A DNA stretch of 64,000 bases from Auanema rhodensis (Eukaryota; Animalia; Nematoda). Below the pieces are notes generated by a model. It was not told the DNA's origin, searched no databases, and was given only the letters and a program-made list of their open reading frames with translations. Both the position numbers and the translations under genes were made by a program. The stretch spans positions 1,178,001-1,242,000 of the forward strand of contig OZ059900.1 in assembly GCA_964057225.1 (NCBI GenBank). Direction: 5' to 3'. This document shows positions 42,600 through 57,000 of the stretch, in pieces. Position 1 is the first letter of the stretch. Each line of letters starts with the position of its first letter.

Positions 42600-45500
42600 T
42601 CAAACACATAATACACGAAAGAAGTCTATTTTTATGAGTTTGCACTGATATTTATTCATTTTGATCAAAAAAGGTCGAAAATAGAAAGAATTTTTGAAAT
42701 TTCCGAGTTTTGAGTCTAATTTGGCTAAATCGCTCATATATATGATCAGAAGCATAGTTTTATTGTCTATGACAACAAAAGTCATTAATTGAACACTAAT
42801 GATGTTTAAATCACTGAATTTCACTCAAATAGCATTACTACACTAAGTATGGTCGTTTTTATGCCTTTAACACCATATACTCACCGATTTTTGGTACAAA
42901 ATCTGTAATACTTGTAAATTTCGATCATATTCGTTAAGATTTGAGAATCAAACACATAATACACGAAATAAGTCTATTTTTACAAGTTTGCACTGATATT
43001 TATTCATTTTGATCAAAAAAGGTCGAAAATAGAAAGAATTTTTGAAATTTCCGAGTTTTGAGTCTAATTTGGCTAAATCGCTCATATATATGATCAGAAG
43101 CATAGTTTTATTGTCTATGACAACAAAAATCATCAATTAAACGCTAGTGATGTTTAAATACTGATTTTCGCTCAAATAGCATTACTACACTAAGTATGGT
43201 CGTTTTTATGCCTTTAACACCATATACTCACCGATTTTTGGTACAAAATCTGTAATACTTGTAAATTTTGATCATATTCGTTAAGATTTGAGAATCAAAC
43301 ATACAATACACAAAATCAGTCTATTTTTATGAGCTTGCACTGATATATATTCATTTTGATCAAAAAAGGTCGAAAATAGAAAGAATTTTTGAAATTTACG
43401 AGTTTTGAGTCTAATTTGGCTAAATCGCTCATATATATGATCAGAAGCATAGTTTTATTGTCTATGACAACAAAAGTCATTAATTAAACACTAATAATGT
43501 TTAAATCACTAAATTTCGCTCAAATAGCATTACTACACTAAGTATGGTCGTTTTTATGCCTTTAACACCATATACTCACCGATTTTTGGTACAAAATCTG
43601 TAATACTTGTAAATTTTGATCATATTCGTTAAGATTCGAGAATCAAACACATAATACACGAAAGAAGTCTATTTTTATGAGTTTGCACTGATATTTATTC
43701 ATTTTGATCAAAAAAGGTCGAAAATAGAAAGAATTTTTGAAATTTCCGAGTTTTGAGTCTAATTTGGCTAAATCGCTCATATATATGATCAGAAGCATAG
43801 TTTTATTGTCTAAGACAACAAAAGTCATTAATTGAACACTAATGATGTTTAAATCACTGAATTTCACTCAAATAGCATTACTACACTAAGTATGGTCGTT
43901 TTTATGCCTTTAACACCATATACTCACCGATTTTTGGTACAAAATCTGTAATACTTGTAAATTTCGATCATATTCGTTAAGATTTGAGAATCAAACACAT
44001 AATACACGAAATAAGTCTATTTTTACAAGTTTGCACTGATATTTATTCATTTTGATCAAAAAAGGTCGAAAATAGAAAGAATTTTTGAAATTTCCGAGTT
44101 TTGAGTCTAATTTGGCTAAATCGCTCATATATATGATCAGAAGCATAGTTTTATTGTCTATGACAACAAAAATCATCAATTAAACGCTAGTGATGTTTAA
44201 ATACTGATTTTCGCTCAAATAGCATTACTACACTAAGTATGGTCGTTTTTATGCCTTTAACACCATATACTCACCGATTTTTGGTACAAAATCTGTAATA
44301 CTTGTAAATTTTGACCACATTCGTTAAGATTTGAGAATCAAACATACAATACACAAAATCAGTCTATTTTTATGAGCTTGCACTGATATATATTCATTTT
44401 GATCAAAAAAGGTCGAAAATAGAAAGAATTTTTGAAATTTCCGAGTTTTGAGTCTAATTAGGCTAAATCGCTCATATATATGATCAGAAGCATAGTTTTA
44501 TTGTCTATGACAACAAAAATCATCAATTAAACGCTAGTGATGTTTAAATACTGATTTTCGCTCAAATAGCATTACTACACTAAGTATGGTCGTTTTTATG
44601 CCTTTAACACCATATACTCACCGATTTTTGGTACAAAATCTGTAAAACTTGTAAATTTTGATCATATTCGTTAAGATTCGAGAATCAAACACATAATACA
44701 CGAAAGAAGTCTATTTTTATGAGTTTGCACTGATATTTATTCATTTTGATCAAAAAAGGTCGAAAATAGAAAGAATTTTTGAAATTTCCGAGTTTTGAGT
44801 CTAATTTGGCTAAATCGCTCATATATATGATCAGAAGCATAGTTTTATTGTCTAAGACAACAAAAGTCATTAATTGAACACTAATGATGTTTAAATCACT
44901 GAATTTCACTCAAATAGCATTACTACACTAAGTATGGTCGTTTTTATGCCTTTAACACCATATACTCACCGATTTTTGGTACAAAATCTGTAATACTTGT
45001 AAATTTCGATCATATTCGTTAAGATTTGAGAATCAAACACATAATACACGAAATAAGTCTATTTTTACAAGTTTGCACTGATATTTATTCATTTTGATCA
45101 AAAAAGGTCGAAAATAGAAAGAATTTTTGAAATTTCCGAGTTTTGAGTCTAATTTGGCTAAATCGCTCATATATATGATCAGAAGCATAGTTTTATTGTC
45201 TATGACAACAAAAATCATCAATTAAACGCTAGTGATGTTTAAATACTGATTTTCGCTCAAATAGCATTACTACACTAAGTATGGTCGTTTTTATGCCTTT
45301 AACACCATATACTCACCGATTTTTGGTACAAAATCTGTAATACTTGTAAATTTTGATCATATTCGTTAAGATTTGAGAATCAAACATACAATACACAAAA
45401 TCAGTCTATTTTTATGAGCTTGCACTGATATATATTCATTTTGATCAAAAAAGGTCGAAAATAGAAAGAATTTTTGAAATTTCCGAGTTTTGAGTCTAAT

Positions 45501-47811
45501 TTGGCTAAATCGCTCATATATATGATCAAAAGCATAGTTTTACTGTCTATGATAACAAAAGTCTTCAAATATACACTAATAATGTGTAAATCACTGGATT
45601 TCACTCAAATAGCTTTACTACACTAAGTATGGTCGTTTTTATGCCTTTAACACCATATACTCACCGATTTTTGGTACAAAATCTGTAATACTCGTAAATT
45701 TTGATCATATTCGTTAAGATTCGAGAATCAAACACATAATACACGAAAGAAGTCTATTTTTATGAGTTTGCACTGATATTTATTCATTTTGATCAAAAAA
45801 GGTCGAAAATAGAAAGAATTTTTGAAATTTCCGAGTTTTGAGTCTAATTTGGCTAAATCGCTCATATATATGATCAGAAGCATAGTTTTATTGTCTAAGA
45901 CAACAAAAGTCATTAATTGAACACTAATGATGTTTAAATCACTGAATTTCACTCAAATAGCATTACTACACTAAGTATGGTCGTTTTTATGCCTTTAACA
46001 CCATATACTCACCGATTTTTGGTACAAAATCTGTAATACTTGTAAATTTCGATCATATTCGTTAAGATTTGAGAATCAAACACATAATACACGAAATAAG
46101 TCTATTTTTACAAGTTTGCACTGATATTTATTCATTTTGATCAAAAAAGGTCGAAAATAGAAAGAATTTTTGAAATTTCCGAGTTTTGAGTCTAATTTGG
46201 CTAAATCGCTCATATATATGATCAGAAGCATAGTTTTATTGTCTATGACAACAAAAATCATCAATTAAACGCTAGTGATGTTTAAATACTGATTTTCGCT
46301 CAAATAGCATTACTACACTAAGTATGGTCGTTTTTATGCCTTTAACACCATATACTCACCGATTTTTGGTACAAAATCTGTAATACTTGTAAATTTTGAT
46401 CATATTCGTTAAGATTTGAGAATCAAACATACAATACACAAAATCAGTCTATTTTTATGAGCTTGCACTGATATATATTCATTTTGATCAAAAAAGGTCG
46501 AAAATAGAAAGAATTTTTGAAATTTCCGAGTTTTGAGTCTAATTTGGCTAAATCGCTCATATATATGATCAGAAGCATAGTTTTATTGTCTATGACAACA
46601 AAAATCATCAATTAAACGCTAGTGATGTTTAAATACTGATTTTCGCTCAAATAGCATTACTACACTAAGTATGGTCGTTTTTATGCCTTTAACACCATAT
46701 ACTCACCGATTTTTGGTACAAAATCTGTAATACTTGTAAATTTTGATCATATTCGTTAAGATTTGAGAATCAAACACATAATACACGAAATAAGTCTATT
46801 TTTATGAGTTTGCACTGATATTTATTCATTTTGATCAAAAAAGTTCGAAAATAGAAAGAATTTTTGAAATTTCCGAGTTTTGAGTCTAATTTGGCTAAAT
46901 CGCTCATATATATGATCAGAAGCATAGTTTTATTGTCTAAGACAACAAAAGTCATTAATTGAACACTAATGATGTTTAAATCACTGAATTTCACTCAAAT
47001 AGCATTACTACACTAAGTATGGTCGTTTTTATGCCTTTAACACCATATACTCACCGATTTTTGGTACAAAATCTGTAATACTTGTAAATTTCGATCATAT
47101 TCGTTAAGATTTGAGAATCAAACACATAATACACGAAATAAGTCTATTTTTACAAGTTTGCACTGATATTTATTCATTTTGATCAAAAAAGGTCGAAAAT
47201 AGAAAGAATTTTTGAAATTTCCGAGTTTTGAGTCTAATTTGGCTAAATCGCTCATATATATGATCAGAAGCATAGTTTTATTGTCTATGACAACAAAAAT
47301 CATCAATTAAACGCTAGTGATGTTTAAATACTGATTTTCGCTCAAATAGCATTACTACACTAAGTATGGTCGTTTTTATGCCTTTAACACCATATACTCA
47401 CCGATTTTTGGTACAAAATCTGTAATACTTGTAAATTTTGATCATATTCGTTAAGATTTGAGAATCAAACATACAATACACAAAATCAGTCTATTTTTAT
47501 GAGCTTGCACTGATATATATTCATTTTGATCAAAAAAGGTCGAAAATAGAAAGAATTTTTGAAATTTCCGAGTTTTGAGTCTAATTTGGCTAAATCGCTC
47601 ATATATATGATCAGAAGCATAGTTTTATTGTCTATGACAACAAAAATCATCAATTAAACGCTAGTGATGTTTAAATACTGATTTTCGCTCAAATAGCATT
47701 ACTACACTAAGTATGGTCGTTTTTATGCCTTTAACACCATATACTCACCGATTTTTGGTACAAAATCTGTAATACTTGTAAATTTTGATCATATTCGTTA
47801 AGATTCGAGAA
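42600..47811. repeat. 3-monomer HOR (1042-1043 bp) x5
   Basis: Units start at 42600, 43643, 44685, 45728 and 46770. The TCTAAG marker is present in the last four. Confidence 0.87.
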
Positions 47812-49896
47812 TCAAACACATAATACACGAAATAAGTCTATTTTTACAAGTTTGCACTGATATTTATTCATTTTGATCAAAAAAGATCGAAAATAGAAAG
47901 AATTTTTGAAATTTCCGAGTTTTGAGTCCAATTGGGCTAAATCGCTCATATATATGATCAGAAGCATAGTTTTATTGTCTATGACAACAAAAATCATCAA
48001 TTAAACGCTAGTGATGTTTAAATACTGATTTTCGCTCAAATAGCATTACTACACTAAGTATGGTCGTTTTTATGCCTTTAACACCATATACTCACCGATT
48101 TTTGGTACAAAATCTGTAATACTCGTAAATTTTGATCATATTCGTTAAGATTTGAGAATCAAACATACAATACACAAAATCAGTCTATTTTTATGAGCTT
48201 GCACTGATATATATTCATTTTGATCAAAAAAGGTCGAAAATAGAAAGATTTTTTGAATTTTCCGAGTTTTGAGTCCAATTGGGCTAAATCGCTCATATAT
48301 ATGATCAAAAGCATAGTTTTACTGTCTATGATAACAAAAGTCTTCAAATATACACTAATAATGTGTAAATCACTGAATTTCACTCAAATAGCTTTACTAC
48401 ACTAAGTATGGTCGTTTTTATGCCTTTAACACCATATACTCACCGATTTTTGGTACAAAATCTGTAATACTCGTAAATTTTGATCATATTCGTTAAGATT
48501 TGAGAATCAAACACATAATACACGAAATAAGTCTAGTTTTATGAGTTTGCACTGATATTTATTCATTTTGATCAAAAAAGGTCGAAAATAGAAAGATTTT
48601 TTGAAATTTCCGAGTTTTGAGTCTAATTTGGCTAAATCGCTCATATATATGATCAGAAGCAGAGATGTATTGTCTATGACAACAAAAATCATCAATTAAA
48701 CTCTAGTGATGTTTAAATACTGATTTTCGCTCAAATAGCATTACTACACTAAGTATGGTCGTTTTTATGCCTTTAACACCATATACTCACCGATTTTTGG
48801 TACAAAATCTGTAATACTTGTAAATTTTGATCATATTCGTTAAGATTCGAGAATCAAACACATAATACACGAAATAAGTCTATTTTTACAAGTTTGCACT
48901 GATATTTATTCATTTTGATCAAAAAAGATCGAAAATAGAAAGAATTTTTGAAATTTCCGAGTTTTGAGTCCAATTGGGCTAAATCGCTCATATATATGAT
49001 CAGAAGCATAGTTTTATTGTCTATGACAACAAAAATCATCAATTAAACGCTAGTGATGTTTAAATACTGATTTTCGCTCAAATAGCATTACTACACTAAG
49101 TATGGTCGTTTTTATGCCTTTAACACCATATACTCACCGATTTTTGGTACAAAATCTGTAATACTCGTAAATTTTGATCATATTCGTTAAGATTTGAGAA
49201 TCAAACATACAATACACAAAATCAGTCTATTTTTATGAGCTTGCACTGATATATATTCATTTTGATCAAAAAAGGTCGAAAATAGAAAGATTTTTTGAAT
49301 TTTCCGAGTTTTGAGTCCAATTGGGCTAAATCGCTCATATATATGATCAAAAGCATAGTTTTACTGTCTATGATAACAAAAGTCTTCAAATATACACTAA
49401 TAATGTGTAAATCACTGAATTTCACTCAAATAGCTTTACTACACTAAGTATGGTCGTTTTTATGCCTTTAACACCATATACTCACCGATTTTTGGTACAA
49501 AATCTGTAATACTCGTAAATTTTGATCATATTCGTTAAGATTTGAGAATCAAACACATAATACACGAAATAAGTCTAGTTTTATGAGTTTGCACTGATAT
49601 TTATTCATTTTGATCAAAAAAGGTCGAAAATAGAAAGATTTTTTGAAATTTCCGAGTTTTGAGTCTAATTTGGCTAAATCGCTCATATATATGATCAGAA
49701 GCAGAGATGTATTGTCTATGACAACAAAAGTCATTGATTGAACACTAATGATGTTTAAATCACTGAATTTCGCTCAAATAGCATTACTACACTAAGGATG
49801 GTCGTTTTTATGCCTTTAACACCATATACTCACCGATTTTTGGTACAAAATCTGTAATACTTGTAAATTTCGATCATATTCGTTAAGATTTGAGAA
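47812..49896. repeat. Second 3-monomer HOR (1042 bp) x2
   Basis: Barcodes match at 47812/48854, 48180/49222 and 48507/49549. The rare GTCTAGTTTT variant occurs at 48531 and 49573. Confidence 0.85.
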
Positions 49897-50244
49897 TCAA
49901 ACACACAATACACAAAATAAGTTTATTTTGACGAGTTTGCACTGATATTTATTCATTTTGATCAAAAAAGGTCGAAAATAGAAAGAATTTTTGAAATTTC
50001 CGAGTTTTGAGTCTAATTTGGCTAAATCGCTCATATATATGATCAGAAGCATAGTTTTATTGTCTATGACAACAAAAGTCATTGATTGAACACTAATGAT
50101 GTTTAAATCACTGAATTTCGCTCAAATAGCATTACTACACTAAGGATGGTCGTTTTTATGCCTTTAACACCATATACTCACCGATTTTTGGTACAAAATC
50201 TGTAATACTTGTAAATTTCGATCATATTCGTTAAGATTTGAGAA

Positions 50245-53200
50245 TCAAACACACAATACACGAAATGAGTTTATTTTCACGAGTTTGCACTGATATTTAT
50301 TCATTTTGATCAAAAAAGGTCGAAAATAGAAAGAATTTTTGAATTTTCCGAGTTTTGAGTCCAATTGGGCTAAATCGCTCATATATATGATCAAAAGCAT
50401 AGTTTTACTGTCTATGATAACAAAAGTCTTCAAATATACACTAGTAATGATTAAATCACTGAATTTCACTCAAATAGCATTACTACACTAAGTATGGTCG
50501 TTTTTATGCCTTTAACACCATATACTCACCGATTTTTGGTACAAAATCTGTGATACTCGTAAATTTTGATCATATTCGGTGAGATTCGAGAATCAAACAC
50601 ACAATACACGAAATAAGTTTATTTTTACGAGTTTGCACTGATATTTATTCATTTTGATCAAAAAAGGTCGAAAATAGAAAGAATTTTTGAAATTTCCGAG
50701 TTTTGAGTCTAATTTGGCTAATTCGCTCATATATATGATCAAAAGCATAGTTTTATTGTCTATGACAACAAAAGTCATCAATTAAACGCTAGTGATGTTT
50801 AAATACTGAATTTCGCTCAAATAGCATTACTACACTAAGTATGGTCGTTTTTATGCCTTTAACACCATATACTCACCGATTTTTGGTACAAAATCTGTAA
50901 TACTCGTAAATTTTGATCATATTCGTTAAGATTTGAGAATCAAACATACAATACACAAAATCAGTCTATTTTTATGAGCTTGCACTGATATATATTCATT
51001 TTGATCAAAAAAGGTCGAAAATAGAAAGAATTTTTGAAATTTACGAGTTTTGAGTCTAATTTGGCTAAATCGCTCATATATATGATCAGAAGCATAGTTT
51101 TATTGTCTATGACAACAAAAGTCATTAATTAAACACTAATGATGTTTAAATCACTAAATTTCGCTCAAATAGCATTACTACACTAAGTATGGTCGTTTTT
51201 ATGCCTTTAACACCATATACTCACCGATTTTTGGTACAAAATCTGTAATACTTGTAAATTTTGATCATATTCGTTAAGATTCGAGAATCAAACACATAAT
51301 ACACGAAATAAGTCTATTTTTATGAGTTTGCACTGATATTTATTCATTTTGATCAAAAAAGGTCGAAAATAGAAAGAATTTTTGAATTTTCCGAGTTTTG
51401 AGTCCAATTGGGCTAAATCGCTCATATATATGATCAAAAGCATAGTTTTACTGTCTATGATAACAAAAGTCTTCAAATAGACACTAATAATGTGTAAATC
51501 ACTGAATTTCACTCAAATAGCTTTACTACACTAAGTATGGTCGTTTTTATGCCTTTAACACCATATACTCACCGATTTTTGGTACAAAATCTGTAATACT
51601 CGTAAATTTTGATCATATTTGTTAAGATTTGAGAATCAAACATACAATACACAAAATCAGTCTATTTTTATGAGCTTGCACTGATATATATTCATTTTGA
51701 TCAAAAAAGGTCGAAAATAGAAAGAAGTTTTGAAATTTCCGAGTTTTGAGTCTAATTTGGCTAAATCGCTCATATATATGATCAGAAGCATAGTTTTATT
51801 GTCTATGACAACAAAAATCATCAATTAAACGCTAGTGATGTTTAAATACTGATTTTCGCTCAAATAGCATTACTACACTAAGTATGGTCGTTTTTATGCC
51901 TTTAACACCATATACTCACCGATTTTTGGTACAAAATCTGTGATACTCGTAAATTTTGATCATATTCGGTGAGATTCGAGAATCAAACACACAATACACG
52001 AAATAAGTTTATTTTGACGAGTTTGCACTGATATTTATTCATTTTGATCAAAAAAGGTCGAAAATAGAAAGATTTTTTGAAATTTCCGAGTTTTGAGTCT
52101 AATTTGGCTAAATCGCTCATATATATGATCAGAAGCAGAGATGTATTGTCTATGACAACAAAAGTCATTGATTGAACACTAATGATGTTTAAATCACTGA
52201 ATTTCGCTCAAATAGCATTACTACACTAAGGATGGTCGTTTTTATGCCTTTAACACCATATACTCACCGATTTTTGGTACAAAATCTGTAATACTTGTAA
52301 ATTTCGATCATATTCGTTAAGATTTGAGAATCAAACACACAATACACGAAATGAGTTTATTTTCACGAGTTTGCACTGATATTTATTCATTTTGATCAAA
52401 AAAGGTCGAAAATAGAAAGAATTTTTGAATTTTCCGAGTTTTGAGTCCAATTGGGCTAAATCGCTCATATATATGATCAAAAGCATAGTTTTACTGTCTA
52501 TGATAACAAAATTCTTCAAATATACACTAGTAATGATTAAATCACTGAATTTCACTCAAATAGCATTACTACACTAAGTATGGTCGTTTTTATGCCTTTA
52601 ACACCATATACTCACCGATTTTTGGTACAAAATCTGTGATACTCGTAAATTTTGATCATATTCGGTGAGATTCGAGAATCAAACACACAATACACGAAAT
52701 AAGTTTATTTTTACGAGTTTGCACTGATATTTATTCATTTTGATCAAAAAAGGTCGAAAATAGAAAGAATTTTTGAAATTTCCGAGTTTTGAGTCTAATT
52801 TGGCTAATTCGCTCATATATATGATCAAAAGCATAGTTTTATTGTCTATGACAACAAAAGTCATCAATTAAACGCTAGTGATGTTTAAATACTGAATTTC
52901 GCTCAAATAGCATTACTACACTAAGTATGGTCGTTTTTATGCCTTTAACACCATATACTCACCGATTTTTGGTACAAAATCTGTAATACTCGTAAATTTT
53001 GATCATATTCGTTAAGATTTGAGAATCAAACATACAATACACAAAATCAGTCTATTTTTATGAGCTTGCACTGATATATATTCATTTTGATCAAAAAAGG
53101 TCGAAAATAGAAAGAATTTTTGAAATTTACGAGTTTTGAGTCTAATTTGGCTAAATCGCTCATATATATGATCAGAAGCATAGTTTTATTGTCTATGACA

Positions 53201-54068
53201 ACAAAAGTCATTAATTAAACACTAATGATGTTTAAATCACTAAATTTCGCTCAAATAGCATTACTACACTAAGTATGGTCGTTTTTATGCCTTTAACACC
53301 ATATACTCACCGATTTTTGGTACAAAATCTGTAATACTTGTAAATTTTGATCATATTCGTTAAGATTCGAGAATCAAACACATAATACACGAAATAAGTC
53401 TATTTTTATGAGTTTGCACTGATATTTATTCATTTTGATCAAAAAAGGTCGAAAATAGAAAGAATTTTTGAATTTTCCGAGTTTTGAGTCCAATTGGGCT
53501 AAATCGCTCATATATATGATCAAAAGCATAGTTTTACTGTCTATGATAACAAAAGTCTTCAAATAGACACTAATAATGTGTAAATCACTGAATTTCACTC
53601 AAATAGCTTTACTACACTAAGTATGGTCGTTTTTATGCCTTTAACACCATATACTCACCGATTTTTGGTACAAAATCTGTAATACTCGTAAATTTTGATC
53701 ATATTCGTTAAGATTTGAGAATCAAACATACAATACACAAAATCAGTCTATTTTTATGAGCTTGCACTGATATATATTCATTTTGATCAAAAAAGGTCGA
53801 AAATAGAAAGAAGTTTTGAAATTTCCGAGTTTTGAGTCTAATTTGGCTAAATCGCTCATATATATGATCAGAAGCATAGTTTTATTGTCTATGACAACAA
53901 AAATCATCAATTAAACGCTAGTGATGTTTAAATACTGATTTTCGCTCAAATAGCATTACTACACTAAGTATGGTCGTTTTTATGCCTTTAACACCATATA
54001 CTCACCGATTTTTGGTACAAAATCTGTAATACTTGTAAATTTTGATCATATTCGTTAAGATTCGAGAA
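50245..54068. repeat. Duplication with 6-monomer period (2086 bp)
   Basis: Barcodes match at 50245/52331, 50593/52679 and 51288/53374. The G of the AAATAGAC marker is at 51480 and 53566. Confidence 0.85.
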
Positions 54069-57000
54069 TCAAACACATAATACACGAAATATGTCTATTT
54101 TTACAAGTTTGCACTGATATTTATTCATTTTGATCAAAAAAGATCGAAAATAGAAAGAATTTTTGAAATTTCCGAGTTTTGAGTCCAATTTGGCTAAATC
54201 GCTCATATATATGATCAAAAGCATAGTTTTATTGTCTATAACAACAAAAGTCATCAATTAAACGCTAGTGATGTTTTAATACTGAATTTCGCTCAAATAG
54301 CATTACTACACTAAGTATGGTCGTTTTTATGCCTTTAACACCATATACTCACCGATTTTTGGTACAAAATCTGTGATACTCGTAAATTTTGATCATATTC
54401 GGTGAGATTCGAGAATCAAACACACAATACACGAAATAAGTTTATTTTGACGAGTTTGCACTGATATTTATTCATTTTGATCAAAAAAGGTCGAAAATAG
54501 AAAGATTTTTTGAAATTTCCGAGTTTTGAGTCTAATTTGGCTAAATCGCTCATATATATGATCAGAAGCAGAGATGTATTGTCTATGACAACAAAAGTCA
54601 TTGATTGAACACTAATGATGTTTAAATCACTGAATTTCGCTCAAATAGCATTACTACACTAAGGATGGTCGTTTTTATGCCTTTAACACCATATACTCAC
54701 CGATTTTTGGTACAAAATCTGTAATACTTGTAAATTTCGATCATATTCGTTAAGATTTGAGAATCAAACACATAATACACGAAATAAGTCTTTTTTTACA
54801 AGTTTGCACTGATATTTATTCATTTTGATCAAAAAAGGTCGAAAATAGAAAGAATTTTTGAAATTTACGAGTTTTGAGTCTAATTTGGCTAAATCGCTCA
54901 TATATATGATCAGAAGCATAGTTTTATTGTCTATGACAACAAAAGTCATTAATTAAACACTAATGATGTTTAAATACTGATTTTCGCTCAAATAGCATTA
55001 CTACACTAAGTATGGTCGTTTTTATACCTTCAACACCATATACTCACCGATTTTTGGTACAAAATCTGTGATACTCGTAAATTTCGATCATATTCGTTAA
55101 GATTTGAGAATCAAACACACAATACACGAAATGAGTTTATTTTCACGAGTTTGCACTGATATTTATTCATTTTGATCAAAAAAGGTCGAAAATAGAAAGA
55201 ATTTTTGAATTTTCCGAGTTTTGAGTCCAATTGGGCTAAATCGCTCATATATATGATCAAAAGCATAGTTTTACTGTCTATGATAACAAAAGTCTTCAAA
55301 TATACACTAGTAATGATTAAATCACTGAATTTCACTCAAATAGCATTACTATACTAAGTATGGTCGTTTTTATGCCTTTAACACCATATACTCACCGATT
55401 TTTGGTACAAAATCTGTAATACTTGTAAATTTCGATCATATTCGTTAAGATTTGAGAATCAAACACATAATACACGAAATAAGTCTATTTTTACAAGTTT
55501 GCACTGATATTTATTCATTTTGATCAAAAAAGGTCGAAAATAGAAAGAATTTTTGAAATTTCCGAGTTTTGAGTCCAATTTGGCTAAATCGCTCATATAT
55601 ATGATCAAAAGCATAGTTTTACTGTCTATGATAACAAAAGTCTTCAAATATACACTAGTAATGATTAAATCACTGATTTTCGCTCAAATAGCATTACTAC
55701 ACTAAGTATGGTCGTTTTTATGCCTTTAACACCATATACTCACCGATTTTTGGTACAAAATCTGTAATACTCGTAAATTTTGATCATATTCGTTAAGATT
55801 TGAGAATCAAACATACAATACACAAAATCAGTCTATTTTTATGAGCTTGCACTGATATATATTCATTTTGATCAAAAAAGGTCGAAAATAGAAAGATTTT
55901 TTGAATTTTCCGAGTTTTGAGTCCAATTGGGCTAAATCGCTCATATATATGATCAAAAGCATAGTTTTACTGTCTATGATAACAAAAGTCTTCAAATATA
56001 CACTAATAATGTGTAAATCACTGAATTTCACTCAAATAGCTTTACTACACTAAGTATGGTCGTTTTTATGCCTTTAACACCATATACTCACCGATTTTTG
56101 GTACAAAATCTGTAATACTCGTAAATTTTGATCATATTCGTTAAGATTTGAGAATCAAACATACACTACACGAAATCAGTCTATTTTTATGAGCTTGCAC
56201 TGATATATATTCATTTTGATCAAAAAAGGTCGAAAATAGAAAGAATTTTTGAAATTTACGAGTTTTGAGTCTAATTTGGCTAAATCGCTCATATATATGA
56301 TCAGAAGCATAGTTTTATTGTCTATGACAACAAAAATCATCAATTAAACGCTAGTGATGTTTAAATACTGATTTTCGCTCAAATAGCATTACTACACTAA
56401 GTATGGTCGTTTTTATGCCTTTAACACCATATACTCACCGATTTTTGGTACAAAATCTGTAATACTTGTAAATTTTGATCATATTCGTTAAGATTCGAGA
56501 ATCAAACACATAATACACGAAAGAAGTCTATTTTTATGAGTTTGCACTGATATTTATTCATTTTGATCAAAAAAGGTCGAAAATAGAAAGAAGTTTTGAA
56601 ATTTCCGAGGTTTGAGTCTAATTTGGCTAAATCGCTCATATATATGATCAGAAGCATAGTTTTATTGTCTATGACAACAAAAATCATCAATTAAACGCTA
56701 GTGATGTTTAAATACTGATTTTCGCTCAAATAGCATTACTACACTAAGTATGGTCGTTTTTATGCCTTTAACACCATATACTCACCGATTTTTGGTACAA
56801 AATCTGTAATACTCGTAAATTTTGATCATATTCGTTAAGATTTGAGAATCAAACATACAATACACAAAATCAGTCTATTTTTATGAGCTTGCACTGATAT
56901 ATATTCATTTTGATCAAAAAAGGTCGAAAATAGAAAGATTTTTTGAATTTTCCGAGTTTTGAGTCTAATTTGGCTAAATCGCTCATATATATGATCAGAA

